A DNA stretch of 64,000 nucleotides from Sphagnum compactum. Its lineage: Eukaryota. Both the position numbers and the translations under genes were made by a program. Where the stretch lies: assembly GCA_965153455.1 (NCBI GenBank), contig OZ234493.1, forward strand, positions 33,780,213-33,844,212. Direction: 5' to 3'. The notes beneath the pieces were generated by a model. The model had not been told where the DNA came from and searched no databases. It saw only the letters and a program-made list of their open reading frames with translations. This document shows, piece after piece, positions 1 through 12,525 of the stretch; positions within the stretch are counted from its first letter, which is position 1, and each line of letters starts with the position of its first letter.

Positions 1-1321
1 TATCAGAAAAGGAAAATTATGTTTGTTACAAATTTGTTGAATACAATTAAAAAATGTTCAATAAAATTAAATTACAACTAAATAAACAAGTTGTAATAGC
101 CATGATTTTTTCATAGTGAAATTAAGAACTCCAAATCATGAGTATTTGATCAAACTAATTACTGGACTTTTTGCTTCGACTTAGGATAGTACTTATGTAA
201 TTTATGAATTATGTTGTTTATAGCAGTGCTCATGACAGAAGGTAAAATTTATATTAGCTTTTCAATGATATGAGGAACTTTTCAATCCATTGGGTTTTGA
301 TCCTTGCAATCGATCTCGGAAGATTCGGGAGAAGTTGTTGTACAAAGGAAAAATTTGAAGAAATGGACACAACACAAAACTAGAAAACAAAACATGAATT
401 TGCAATTTGTGAACTCCATAACTCCAAATTCAAGGAAGTTACTACGTCTACTCTAGTTGATGATTAGAGAATGTCTCCAACAAAATACTCTCATTTTAGT
501 TTAGCCAAATCTGATTAGCCTGGAACTAATGGTAGTGAGATTTAGAACCTAAAGTTTGGGAAATGTTAGGGAATCCAAACATAAATTTGAACCCTAAAGA
601 AATTTTTAAACCTTAAATTGTGGTTATGGGGGGATGTTAGGTGAAGGATTGTGTAGATAGACCCTTTGAACCTCTAGGGTTGAAAGTGATGAGATAATAA
701 ACACACACACACACACACAATATGAGAACTTAAGTGTTCACTATCTACCTACCAAATGTCCAATATAGAAAACATATCTTCTACCTCCACAATGTAATTA
801 TAATCCCAATGTCCCACACACACACGCACATATGAAGGTGTGGGGAGATAGATGTACCTAAACAAAGAAGGAAAATGCACATGGACCTTTTTACAAGCAG
901 AAACATTGCAAACAAACACTGAGAGCGACACACACACAAAAAATGTTTCTTGCAAGATTTGAAGCATGATTAAAAGATAGCTCTTGATTAGTTTTAGTTC
1001 AAACACCACACAACGACACTCGCGTTTCTAGCCATTAAAAATAACATGTTTTGCGAAATCTGAAGAATCTACTAATCACTTGTTCATGTGTATCATGTGT
1101 ATTCCATTCAAATGGAAGTAAGTAGCTTGTACCTCTTCAAAAGCTTGGGCTTAGCAAATATGCATGTTTGTGGTCTTGCAACAAACGTAGTAATATTATT
1201 TTGCGAGCAGATCATCAGGTCACACATTACCCTATCTTCTCCGGCCCAAGTGGAAGTAGAAGAAGATGGGGGCTCTATTTTGCTCCCTCCCCATTCTTAT
1301 GCAATAGGTAATTTCTTTGAC

Positions 1322-1498
1322 CTGTGTTGGGTGGGTTCTTAGATTTAGTTATAAAATAACTACGGGTTTTTGAAAAGATTCAAAACATTGGCTGGTTTTC
1401 TAAAGGAACCAACCAAAAAAAAGAAAGAAAAATTGGTGGTTCAGGGTAAGTTCTCTCACCAGTTCTTTAAATTTTGTTTTTGAACACCACCCATTATG
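1322..1498. mobile_element. Short degenerate hAT-type MITE
   Basis: Left end CTGTGTTGGGTGGGTTCT and right end GAACACCACCCATTATG form imperfect inverted termini. They resemble the TIRs of the hAT element at 30238-35782. No clear TSD. Confidence 0.4.
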
Positions 1499-1729
1499 CT
1501 TGGATCAAGTGCTGCCATCATCCCCATCCCTACAAAAAGGAGAAGAAAAAAAAAACATTGCAAACATTCAAAGAATGTGGTAGCCAGCACTTTTGGCCTC
1601 TTGATGAGCCAGCAGCTTCTTGATGAGCCATTGATGCGTATCTCTGTCTCTGCAGATTCAGCTTTTGTTGTTGGGAGAGAGTCTTTGATTTGAATAATAG
1701 TCTTTTGGTTGACCTTTTGTTATTTTGAA

Positions 1730-1937
1730 AATAAAAGTGTTTGATTTTGCATGATTTCAGTTGACCTAAGTTTGTTATTGAGAAAAAAAACAGTGTTTGA
1801 TTTGCATAATAGTTTCAGATTTAGCTTCTGTTGTTCAGGAAAAAAGTGTTGGATTTGCATAATAATTTCAGTTGAGGTTCTTGTTGTTGTTGGGGGAAAA
1901 TAAAAGTGTTGGGATTTGCCATCCCTAATTTCAGTGC
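1730..1937. repeat. Degenerate tandem repeat, 4 units of about 55-60 bp
   Basis: Core (A)AAAGTGTT(T/G)GATTTGCAT..ATTTCAG recurs at about 1733, 1790, 1842 and 1902. Confidence 0.75.
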
Positions 1938-3225
1938 AAGCTTGTTTATTGTTGTTGTTTGTTTGCAAAGAAAGTTGGGGGAAATTTGTTTTTGCAAATT
2001 TTGCAAGTAAATTTGTTAGCATCTTGGGTAGTGGGTTGTCAGCAGATGGAGACCAACAATGGTACTGTGGTGGAAGACTGATAACATTCTGGAGACTTGT
2101 GTTAGAAATTGTACTGAAAGCCTAACAAGAGTTCTCCTTCTTACATTTGTGGAGGAGGAAGTAAGCTCTTTTGATTTCATTCGGACTTCTTCTTCTTCTT
2201 CTTCTTCTTCTTCTCTCAAGTGATGATGATGGTTGGCAGTTTGCTTTGCCTTTTTTTTTTTTTCTTTTGCTTTTCTTGTCCTCCATTCCCAAGTTGATTG
2301 TTGCCGCTGTTGTCGGCGGCATTTTTGCTCCTCCCTGCTATTGCGCTAAGTCTCGTGCACTGATTTGCTATTGTAGTAGTAGCAGTAGTTGTTGTTGTGG
2401 GTGGTGGGTGGGTAGAACATAGATAGTCTCTGTTTTGAATGCTTTGCACCACAGTAACTGCTTGCTGCGCTTCTCCGTCCTTTTCTCTCTCTCTCCCCAT
2501 TTATTTCTCTCCACTTTGAAGGTCTTTGCAATCAATGAGCAAGCCGGCAGCTTGTTATTCTTATCCTTGTTGCATTTTTTAATCATCATTATGATGATGC
2601 TCATGAGGTTGATGATCATCTCGAGCTGCTCTCCGGCATCACATTGTGTCGTGGGTGGTGGTGGTGGTTGTGAGAGTTGTGCGAGTTTTGAGGCCATTGC
2701 CTTGATTGCCATCATTATGCTCATGAGAGCTCATGAGCTCTGAATATATGAGGGATTTTAGGCTTGGTATAAATGTTTTCCGGATCTTTTGTGGTGCTTC
2801 TTTTTCTTCTTCTTCCTCCTCCTTGTCCAGTAAGTTTTGTTTCCGAGTGCAAATGATTCATCAGCTAATTCGTTACCATATATATGATCCTGAGGTGCTG
2901 CAGTTTCATTGCTGCTGTTCATGCGGGTTCAGCTCGGCCAGGAGGTCTGAAGCTTTCTTCTTGTGTTGACTTCTAGCTCCATGAGCTTTGAACTAGTCGT
3001 CCTCAGTGGTTCTCGATCGGTTTAGACTCCGAAGTTCAGCTCAGTGGTGCAGCTCGCGGGACAAGTTACCCTCTTCCAGCTGCTGCCCCCTGCAGAGGAG
3101 AGCTTGCAGAGAGGGTTCAAGTGTCGATCTTTCGGAGTTTTGAGTAGCGGGAAACTAGCCGAGTTATCTGCTGCAGGAGGCATCAACCGTTTGAACTTCA
3201 GTTTCTGAGCTTGCGATCTGCTTCA

Positions 3226-4374
3226 ATGGGTCATGCTGCGAGAGCTAGAAGAGGCCAGCTGCAGGTGCTTGTGGCGGTGAAATTGGCAGTAGTTTTGGTT
3301 TTGTGCATATTGATTATAAGGACTAGGGAGGCGGCAGCGAGTCGTACCGTCGACTGCACCACACAGTTCAACGATCTAGAGCCTTGCTTCAACTACGTGC
3401 AGGGAAGCGACCCGGCGCCGAGTACCACTTGTTGCACAGCTTTCAGCAATGTGCAAGCGACCTCTCCTGTGTGCCTGTGTGAGCTGCTCCAACAATTCCA
3501 AGATCCGAGTTCAGGACTGGGCAATGTGACACGGGCTTTGGACATATCCACGCTTTGCAAGGTTCCAACGGATGCCAGCAGATGCCCAAGTCTGCTGGGA
3601 GCTCCCGCCCCTGCTCCCGCCATGGCACCAGTTCCTAGTCCTGTTCTCGCGACTCCTCCTCCGGCCCAGCAGAGTCCTCCTCCCACCCACGAGTCGCCAG
3701 CACCCACAGGAGCAGAGGTAGACTGCAGTGCAGCGTTCAACAACCTGACTCCATGCCTCACGTACGTGACAGCAAACGGAACACAACCACCTGCTTCCGA
3801 TTGTTGCACTGCTTTGAGCGGTGTACAACAGTCGCAGCCCATCTGCCTCTGTCAGTTACTGGCACAGATGAACGACAGCAGCCAGTACGGCGTCAATGCT
3901 ACCAAGGCTATGGAGCTTCCGACGATTTGCAAGGTGCACGCGGATACTAGCAAATGCTCAGCTCTTCTCCAATCCCCTATCGCATCCCCCACCGCCCCCG
4001 TCGGCTCCCCTAGTATTCCCTTCTCCGCAGCTCCTGCGCCGGCAGCTTCGAGACCCACTGTCGCACCTCACGTTGCCGCACCTTCTCCCGCAACCAAAAC
4101 CCCAGCTGCACCACCACCCGCAGCGCCTACACCTAGTGGTCTGCACACTCCAGCGCCGTCTGGACCTCCGCCGTCGTCGTCTTTTCCTCCGCCCGAAACT
4201 GGCACTGCTGCATCTGGTGGTCATGCAAGTCCGGCATCTGCACCAGCTGGGTCGTCGTCGTCGTCTTCTTCTGCGCTCAAAGGTGGTGCATCAAGGCAAT
4301 TCAGGTCTAGTATTTCACAGCAGTCTGCAATGCTGCTGCTCACAGTTGCTGCTGCAGCTTTCTTTGCTAGCTAG
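3226..4374 (+). CDS. GPI-anchored non-specific lipid transfer protein (LTPG)/xylogen-like protein with two tandem 8-Cys domains and Pro/Ala/Ser/Thr-rich (AGP-like) linkers, 382 aa
   Basis: First ATG at 3226 (MGHAARARR), followed by a hydrophobic signal peptide. There are two complete C-X9-C-X13/14-CC-X12-CxC-Xn-C-X8-C motifs (CTTQFNDLEPC...CC...CLC...C...C and CSAAFNNLTPC...CC...CLC...C...C). AP/SP/TP dipeptide runs and a hydrophobic C-terminal tail (MLLLTVAAAAFFAS) typical of a GPI signal. Uninterrupted ORF. Confidence 0.93.
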   Translation: MGHAARARRGQLQVLVAVKLAVVLVLCILIIRTREAAASRTVDCTTQFNDLEPCFNYVQGSDPAPSTTCCTAFSNVQATSPVCLCELLQQFQDPSSGLGNVTRALDISTLCKVPTDASRCPSLLGAPAPAPAMAPVPSPVLATPPPAQQSPPPTHESPAPTGAEVDCSAAFNNLTPCLTYVTANGTQPPASDCCTALSGVQQSQPICLCQLLAQMNDSSQYGVNATKAMELPTICKVHADTSKCSALLQSPIASPTAPVGSPSIPFSAAPAPAASRPTVAPHVAAPSPATKTPAAPPPAAPTPSGLHTPAPSGPPPSSSFPPPETGTAASGGHASPASAPAGSSSSSSSALKGGASRQFRSSISQQSAMLLLTVAAAAFFAS

Positions 4375-5023
4375 CTAGGCTGCCTTGAAGATCAAGCTAG
4401 TCTGATTTCCTTGGCTTTAATCTGTTCTGTAGATGAACATCTACACTTGAAATTTCTCTCAAGCTGCAAAAAATCTGTTCTGCCTCACATACATGTATAA
4501 TTCTTGGCATGAATTCATTCTTCGCAAACCAAGTCACTGATCTTTGTCCAGCTTTGCAAATGATTTGTGTCTATTTCTTCTTCTTCACTGATCACATGGA
4601 TGCGGCATGCAACTTGCTGCTGGATCAGATTGAATGCTGGGCTTGACTAATTGCTTGTAAGTATTGTGTCACAAACTAACATTCAGGTGTTGTGCTGATG
4701 GAACTGATTGCTAGCTCAACATGAGCCCCACCTATGTGATCAGCTTCTTCTTCTTCTCTAGCTGCAACAGAAAGCTGCAGTACCAAAGCTGGTTGAGTTT
4801 GCACAAGCTTTGCTTCCAGCTCTTTGTTAATTTGTGCCAATTGACATGCTCATAGCTCAAAATCATCACTTGGCAGCAGCCACAAGGATTAAAGCTTGAA
4901 ACTCTGAATTTGCTGATTCTGCAAAAATGTCAAGTCTACTGAAGTGAAATATTATATTCTTAGATGAGTCAGGAGGTGGAAGTTGCTGGCTTCTTCTTAT
5001 GCTCCTTAAGTGCATATATATAT

Positions 5024-5265
5024 ATCTCATGTTCTTCAGATACAAATTTTTCTCTGGAAATTTTTTGAGGGTCTCATGCTCTTCAGATACAATTTTTCCT
5101 TGGGCTCCCCAATTGTGGATTTCATGCTCTTCTTCAGAACTACAAGTTTTTCTCATGCTCTTCCTGGCTGGATACAATTTTTTCTCTGGAGTTTTTTTCT
5201 CATCATGCTCTGACTTCAGTTACAAATGTTTCTTGTGCTCCCCAAGACGTGTGGATCTCGTGCTA
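5024..5265. repeat. Degenerate tandem repeat (CTCATGCTCTTCAGATACAA core, about 5 copies)
   Basis: Core seen at about 5025, 5072, 5121, 5151 and 5203 with variable spacers. Confidence 0.7.
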
Positions 5266-6068
5266 GACTTCTTTAGTTCCAATTTTCGCTTTGGAATAAA
5301 TCAATTGGCACTCATGAGTTCAGGAAAATGTATAATAGTACTGTGGTTCAACATTGATGAAGATTTGAAGATTTTCTAGTATCAGACTTTCATGTTGATG
5401 GATGTGTGAAAACCTTTGAAGATTTTGTCTAAGAATTTTACAACCTACAAAGAGGCTTCCACAGGTCAAAAGGAAACTAATTGGCTGAACTCTTGCAAGG
5501 ATCCTGATCCAGGAGGAAATAGATTTCTTGGCTCCTCAAACTCAACACACTATCAAATTCCTGTCACTTTGGTGTCTACAATATTTTTGCCCTCCATATT
5601 TGACTCCTCCAAAATGCAAATACCTTGCAGAACAATGTTTCAAATGTTGATTTGATCTTGTTTTATGGCTCAAAAACATATATATATATATATATATATT
5701 GTAAAACTACAATACAATAAAGATATCTGAAATGAAGGGAAACTCAACAGTAATGCATTCAATTCTGAGCGTTTTTGCCTTCAATTATGGATAACCTCAA
5801 TATGTGCTCCATGGCTCAAGCCACCACACTAGTATGCTAAGAATGACTTATAGCTTTCAAATTTGTACACATCATACTCACACTCACTGCCCTCATTGGA
5901 GAATCTTCAGCCATGCTTAAAATCCCAGAGGTTTTTTGCTTCCATAGTGTTTTCCCAAAGGCTGAATCAATGAAGGAAAAGTCTTGTTCTATGAAGCAAT
6001 CAATCTCTCTCACTCCAATGGATTGATTACATCTTTGCCCATAGAATGAAGAGACAGGGTAAAAGTAG

Positions 6069-6100
<32 letters not shown>

Positions 6101-6284
6101 TACACTTAGTACTTCACATCATCAATGTGTCCTTGGCTGGTTACCAAACACAAGTTTCATTCAAGTGCGTATACAATAAACTTAATTGCATTTTGTGTCT
6201 TGTGAATAGGTGTGCTATCAGCTTTTGAATAGGTTTAGGGTGGGTCTTTACCAGTGGTGTTGCCTTAGGTCATATCAGCTTAAA

Positions 6285-6485
6285 GGTGCATTCGCATTTG
6301 GTGCTAAGGATTCTAGTGTTAGGTCCCCCTAACACCAAGCTAGTCATTTAGGACCTAAACCTATTTACCATGAAGATTTTATGTTAAGTTAACCTTCACT
6401 TAATATTAAACAATCACCCATTTAACATTGGCTGCCACCTAAGATGCCACCTAGATTTTCACTTAACATTAGGGGTGAATGCACT
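6285..6485. mobile_element. About 200-bp MITE (Tourist/PIF-Harbinger-like)
   Basis: Imperfect TIRs GGTGCATTCGCATTTGGTGCTAAG / CTTAACATTAGGGGTGAATGCACT, with TAA(A) at the left flank. No coding capacity. Confidence 0.55.
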
Positions 6486-9474
6486 GGAAGGAAATAGTAA
6501 GGTCCTTATACCAGTGTTGATACCAGGCACAGGCCCTTTGTAGCAGACCAACAAGAGTACATACAAAACAAAACATGTGCCATGTGCCCAGAACAGATTT
6601 TGTTTTGTTTTGTTTTTGTTTCAACACTACTATGATGATGTGGGCACTGACTGTTTATGGGCACACTTTGGAGTGACAGGGCTTTCGCCTCCTTTCCCTC
6701 CTCTTTGACTTCATTTTAGAAAATGGTTCTTGTTAGAGTTATCCGGAAAGTCACCCTCTGTTTCACCCTCTAGAGTTTCCTCTGCTTTTACCCCGTATCG
6801 CCTCTTTCAGTGATATCTTGAAAGTAAGGAAATTTTATTAAATTTGGGTATGAAATGTCGAAACCCAGCATTTAATGCACAAGGTTCGAGAGTAATTATA
6901 GTAGTTGTACAGGTAGGACCTGTAGAAATATATATGTAGCACCAGTGCTGGGGCTCTCAGGAAAAAATCAAACACAGGTGAAACTCAGTTTACCACCAAA
7001 ATTGATAGAAAAACTAGTTTGGGTCCCAGTTACAATTTGCCAGAAAAATAGTTGAGATTACAGACACACCCAGAAACATCATGTGAGAAGTCATGGCAGA
7101 TTGACTGACTGACTGACTGACTTACTGTGTGGCTCAAGTCCTGTAACAGTTAGCTTATATTACTCAAGGTCTCACCATGCCTATTAATCTGCCACATGCA
7201 TATCTTTGCAAAGGATTTGAGCTTGTCAGACAAATGGCCTTCTCGACCTACAAATGTGATGCAAACCTGGTCACCAAAAGTTTCCAATTGGGTTCTCCTT
7301 CAAAACAAATAAATTGCTCTCTGAACCCCGTCTTTGACATTTGACATGCATTTGATGTTTGAGTGTGTCAAATTTCATTTGTCAGATATGGTTTCAATTG
7401 CTGAGCTTGGGCTTATATGATTTGAGGCATGCCAAGAAGACTCCACATTTGAAGCCTGGGCCAGGGCAAATTGCCACTTAGTGAGGGGAGTCCTCCCATG
7501 GGTGTATAGTGTTGTATACGAGGATGAGTGGTAGTTTTGCAAATGTTCACCAATGGTAGGCTTTACCCATCTTATGGTTAGTTTACACCTACTGTTACCG
7601 GAATTGGGAAGTCAGTGTTAAGATTTCGATGTTCACATATATTCATGTCTGTTGGTAGATAGCTTAGGTGTATTGCTGATGTGGTACGCTAATGTCAAGT
7701 ATAACAACATGCAATAGACGAATGGGAGGACATTTGTATCGTAGTCACATTTCTACAACAATTCTAGATTTTTGAGATTTTGGGACCTTATCAATAGTGA
7801 TAATTTAGCATTATGAAAACTAGCATGTTAAACTAACAAGACAACAACAAACTTCTTGACACAATCTATCTTCACAATGTTCAAAAAGTTCCATTGCTTT
7901 GTAGCAAAGCCATTATTTGCAAGCTTTGTTGCTTTGTAGCAAAGATGTTTAGGAAGATGGCATCAATCTCTAGTGCAAAATCACAAGCAAGTGCATGTTC
8001 ACCTATTTAAACCGTAAATCCCACCAATATCAAATTGAAGAAATCACATTCAGAAGTCATTCTAGATTTTGTATATGCAATTGCAATGCAAATAACATCT
8101 CCTTTGAAATATTCACTAATGATTCGTTTGCATGTGTCAAATATAAACTTTTTGACATGTTAGGTTGGAAAAGGTACATTCTAGATGCCTAATGATACAA
8201 TAATCAAGCATGGTAGCAACAATCTTTGTTGCAAAATACAATACCAAGTGTGAAGCAAACATCTTATTCACCTTCCTCTCATATGAACTTACAAATTCTT
8301 TTGGCAAACATCTTTAAGTAAAAAGGGTAGATTATAATGTGGATTGGGGTAGTGAGAGGTTGACTTGCAAATTTCCAAATGAAAATGTGGCATGTGAATT
8401 TTTTGAAATTTCCATTCATGAAGGAACTAGAGCAGCTTCTACCATATGAATGAGCTTTTTAATAGTTACTACATTATTTACTACATGTTCAACATGTGTT
8501 CCTTGTAATGGTCAACAAAACATTTGGGTAACATTTATTACAATGATCAATAAAACATTCGTTACCATCTTAATTGTGATAATAGGCAATAAATAATTAG
8601 GCGATAGTAGGATTTACTTACCTCAATGTCTAAATGAAGGTTTGCTTGATTTAATGGTGAGAGGTAACATTTTTCTTGTATGTGTAAATGTTGCTCTAAC
8701 AAGTATGTGTAAATGAACATAAAACTAATAAGCAAGATAACCTATCTGCAAGTTTAAAGCATTAGAGCACAAGGAAAAGATTATTATAAAATGTAAAACT
8801 TACATGGTTTTCTCTAGTATATCCAAAAAATACTTTACAAAATGCAAAATGCCATCAAGTATTTTGAAAAGGTGATGCTTATTGGAGGGGGGGCAAGGGG
8901 ACATTACATTTTTTGAATGTTGGTGTTTTATGTTTTATGATGGACCCATTAGAAAAACTAAAATTTTAATAAAATGTGGGGTTTTTATGTTGTGTAAAGC
9001 TTTCAAGAGTGAGTTTTATGGGAATTAGGCTTGCAATTGGTCTGCTTCATGAGACCACCCTTATTCCTATAAAATCTATTCCTTACAGCTTGTACCTTAC
9101 ATTAAACATACTTAAATCACTAAACATATGAAGGGTAGGGTTTTACAAATACTCTTAAGAATGAAAGGGATGTCACTCCTATAAGTAGGTTTGAGATCCC
9201 TCCTATTTTCAAGGAATTATAAGTGTAGTATCCCTTGTTTTTAGGAAAAATATTAGTGAATTTAAGGTGTTTTCTATGTTAGGAATTTTTTTGATTGAAA
9301 TGTACATTTTGATCAACTTCAAGTACTCTAGAACATGGGCCATGTTTTTGCCCGATCATGAGTAGTGCTATCAATTTGTCAATTAAAGGTGGCAATATTA
9401 TGTTCACATTTGAATTGAAACAATTGTTTTGGTTTTGGGCATGTAAAAAGTTTAGGTAATGTAAAGACCAATAA

Positions 9475-10893
9475 GGGCAAACCCATTCTTGGGTGGTACC
9501 ATTAGGAACCACCTCACCAAAATTCAACAAAAGGTGGACCCAATTTAATTTAATCAAAGAAATTTAATAATTTTTAAATTGTGATTTTTACTATTGACTT
9601 GCATCACATGGGTTTTGTGTTCCCCACCTATATATACACTATGGAAAAATTGTAGACACCTACATAGGTTACACAAGTAAAAGATTTGTGTTCTTGAAAT
9701 GTTTTTAATATTTTTGATATTTTTGACCACTTATCATTAAGCATCAAGTTGCAACATTGTAAAAAGAAATTCTTTTGTTTATTAACTATAGTCATTAAAA
9801 TATGGCCCAAATTGTTGATTGGGTGAAAGCAGGTAAATTATACACAAAAAGTAGTGTACGCAACAAAATATAGGGGTCTTTGAATAAAAGAACTAACAAG
9901 TAGATGATTTTATGGGGATAATAAAATTATTCTTGGGTACGTTTTTTTTAAACTTTTGTTTGCACACACTTCAAAAGCTAAATTGTTAAAATCATATATT
10001 TTAAAACACTTGCAAGTACTTGAATTGGATCTAAAGTTTGTGGTAGTTAAAAAAATAAAGTTCAAGTATTTGAAAGTAGGCGAAACGTGTTTGCAAGTAT
10101 TTGCTTTTTTTTTTAAGCACCTCAATATTGATGTGGTGAACATTCTAATATAATGTTTTTGTTTAATCAAATTTTTTCATAATTAAAATCATCCCCAACC
10201 CTTTAAAAAATGACATTATTGTTGGGGATACTTTTGGGGTACTTTTTCAAATCTAAATGATATGACACAATTTGTTTTGAGAATCTAAACGGAGGCTAAA
10301 GATGCCCATGAAGAAAAATAAAGCTTTCATTTATTATTAAATGCTATAGGAAGGTTAGATATTTTTTTAATTATTTTTTTCTTGTTTTCAAATAGAAAAC
10401 AAAGGAGCAAGTATGTATAAAATATTTTGCTTGCACCCAATTGAAACAAAAAAAATTGAGAATTATTACAAATTTGTAAACATGAATGCAAGGCCATTCA
10501 AGTCTTCCTTGTCTTAACCTTCAAAAAAGTTGCAGTTACCTCAATCCATTATGTATTAAAAAAATATAAAGAGGATTATTTTAAGCCCTCCTAAAATTTA
10601 AAAACATTAAAAAAAGGTGAAAAAACATATTTCTTTTGTGTTCCTACATAAAGGAACCCTAAGTGTTATTTTGCTAAAAACATTTCCTTCACCATTCTTT
10701 TGGAATATTATAATTTAATTTTTTATGAATCTAATTGAAGTTTCAAATTCTACATGACGTGAATAATCTTTTCATATAAATTTTGAAATGAAAAGCTTCC
10801 TTAAATGAACCCTATGTTGTCCTAAAGTTGAATGGGTCTAAACAATTTAAGGTGTGACATTCCTAGTGGTACCAACCAAGGATGGGTTTGCCC
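9475..10893. mobile_element. PIF/Harbinger (Tourist)-type non-autonomous element with a nested MITE
   Basis: About 35-bp TIRs GGGCAAACCCATTCTTGGGTGGTACCATTAGGAA / TTCCTAGTGGTACCAACCAAGGATGGGTTTGCCC. Flanks are TAA (left) and ATAA (right). Confidence 0.75.
9821..10438. mobile_element. MITE family A copy 1 (GGGTG...CACCC termini, 4-bp TSD; Sola-like)
   Basis: Termini GGGTGAAAGCAGG / TTTGCTTGCACCC, flanks GATT / AATT. Colinear over its full length with 20039-20649. Confidence 0.75.
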
Positions 10894-12525
10894 ATAAAAG
10901 AAATGACTATCAATATTGATTGTCATTTCTTTTATTTATTTTTACTACAAACACAATTTATTTGTGTGTGTGTGTGTGTGTTTTTTTTGTTGTTCCATGT
11001 GAAAAAAAAATTATTGATAATGAAGTTGACACATCCTTTTGATTAATTGTTTCTCTAAACTTTTAACTTAATTCACATCAATGTTAATCTTTTGAACCAA
11101 ACATGGTTTGCCTCTCCAAATCAAGTTATTAGTGCTTGCAATTCTATTTGATATATTGTTTTCACCTTTCAAACCCTAAGGACTATTGAAAAACATCTTT
11201 GTAAGGTAACTAAAAGTATTATCAAACACAAACTAATGATGGATTGAAATACAAGTTTTGACCTACTAGGCCAATTCAATGCACATTGACTACACTAACA
11301 AATATGAATTTTGCACCTTGTGATCGAACATGTGGTGGTGAAATTTTATGTTTTTTTTTTATAAATAATTCACACCTAGCCAAATTGTTTTATGTTTGGC
11401 CATAAGATAAATTTAAAACATTTAGGTGTTATTTACACCCATTTTATATTAATGATGTGTTTGGTGATGGGAGTAATTCAAGGAATTTCTATAAGCCAAA
11501 AAAATTTCTCGTATTTATAAAGAAGCACAATAAAGGAAAAAAATAAAACCATTTAACAAAAATAAATGTTCAATAATCAGCATTCAGGAATGCACTTTTA
11601 CAAAAATTACCCCCATATATACAACACATGTCATTTGTGTAGGGTGTAAAATAGCCTAGTAAATAGGCAATTTTAAACCACTTCACAATAAATAATTGTT
11701 TGTTAGTGGGGTGATTTAATGCAAGATTACAAAATTTAAGGTTTTTGGGTACAAGCAATCTTTTGAGTGCACAATCATGGCTACAACATTTAGCATGCAA
11801 CATCTTTGCATCCCAAAGCAAAACAAATAAATGAAGTTAAAGAGCATGCACATTTGGCCAAGCACATAGGATTTTCACCAAAACTAGATATTACAAACAC
11901 AAATTAACCATAATAGAAACATACATTTGAGTAACCTTTCAAACTTCTCAATTCCTCTAGCATCACTTCAACAATGTCATCATTGTCCAAGGTTATGGAA
12001 AATGATCTTCAAGATTTCCTAGAACTTGTGTTTCCTAATAGTTTAAAATTGTTGAAAGTAAGTAGAATGAGAACTAGGGAAACAAGTTTACAATTAAAAC
12101 AAAGGAAGGACATATCAAAGTAGAAGCAAACTCACCAAATTACAAAGTAAAACCGAAGAATTGTCTTAAAGTTTGTCTTATAGGTCTTAATCAAATCCCC
12201 CCAACTTGTTGGAGGCTAGGGCTAAGAGGCAAGGGCTTGCCATGATCTAGATTGTACTTTATAGGCAACAAAGTGGATTGCAAAACAACCAACAATGTAT
12301 AAGGAAAACAGCCCACCTACAATTGCATCAAAAGTAAACAAATCAATGAAAAAAAATAGGGTTCCTACATTAAACTAGTGAGGAAGATGGACATTTGAAG
12401 CTTTGGAAGAAGTAATGGACATAATGGAAAAGAGTCAAACCTCTTTTAGGAAAGCAAGAAAGTCTTAGCACATTCCACTAACCTTTTTTTTAAATCACTC
12501 GAATGGTAAGACAGAATCAAAGAAG

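Noticed and set aside
1730-1937. Repeat-spacer layout superficially like a CRISPR array
   Set aside because: Repeats are degenerate, spacers are low-complexity, no cas genes are present and the context is eukaryotic.
2016-2531. Overlapping ORFs with poly-E/L/K/T runs
   Set aside because: They are translations of CTT, poly-T, GTA and GTT microsatellites.
3393-4378. Alternative-frame and antisense ORFs over the LTPG gene
   Set aside because: Shadow ORFs of a GC-rich coding sequence.
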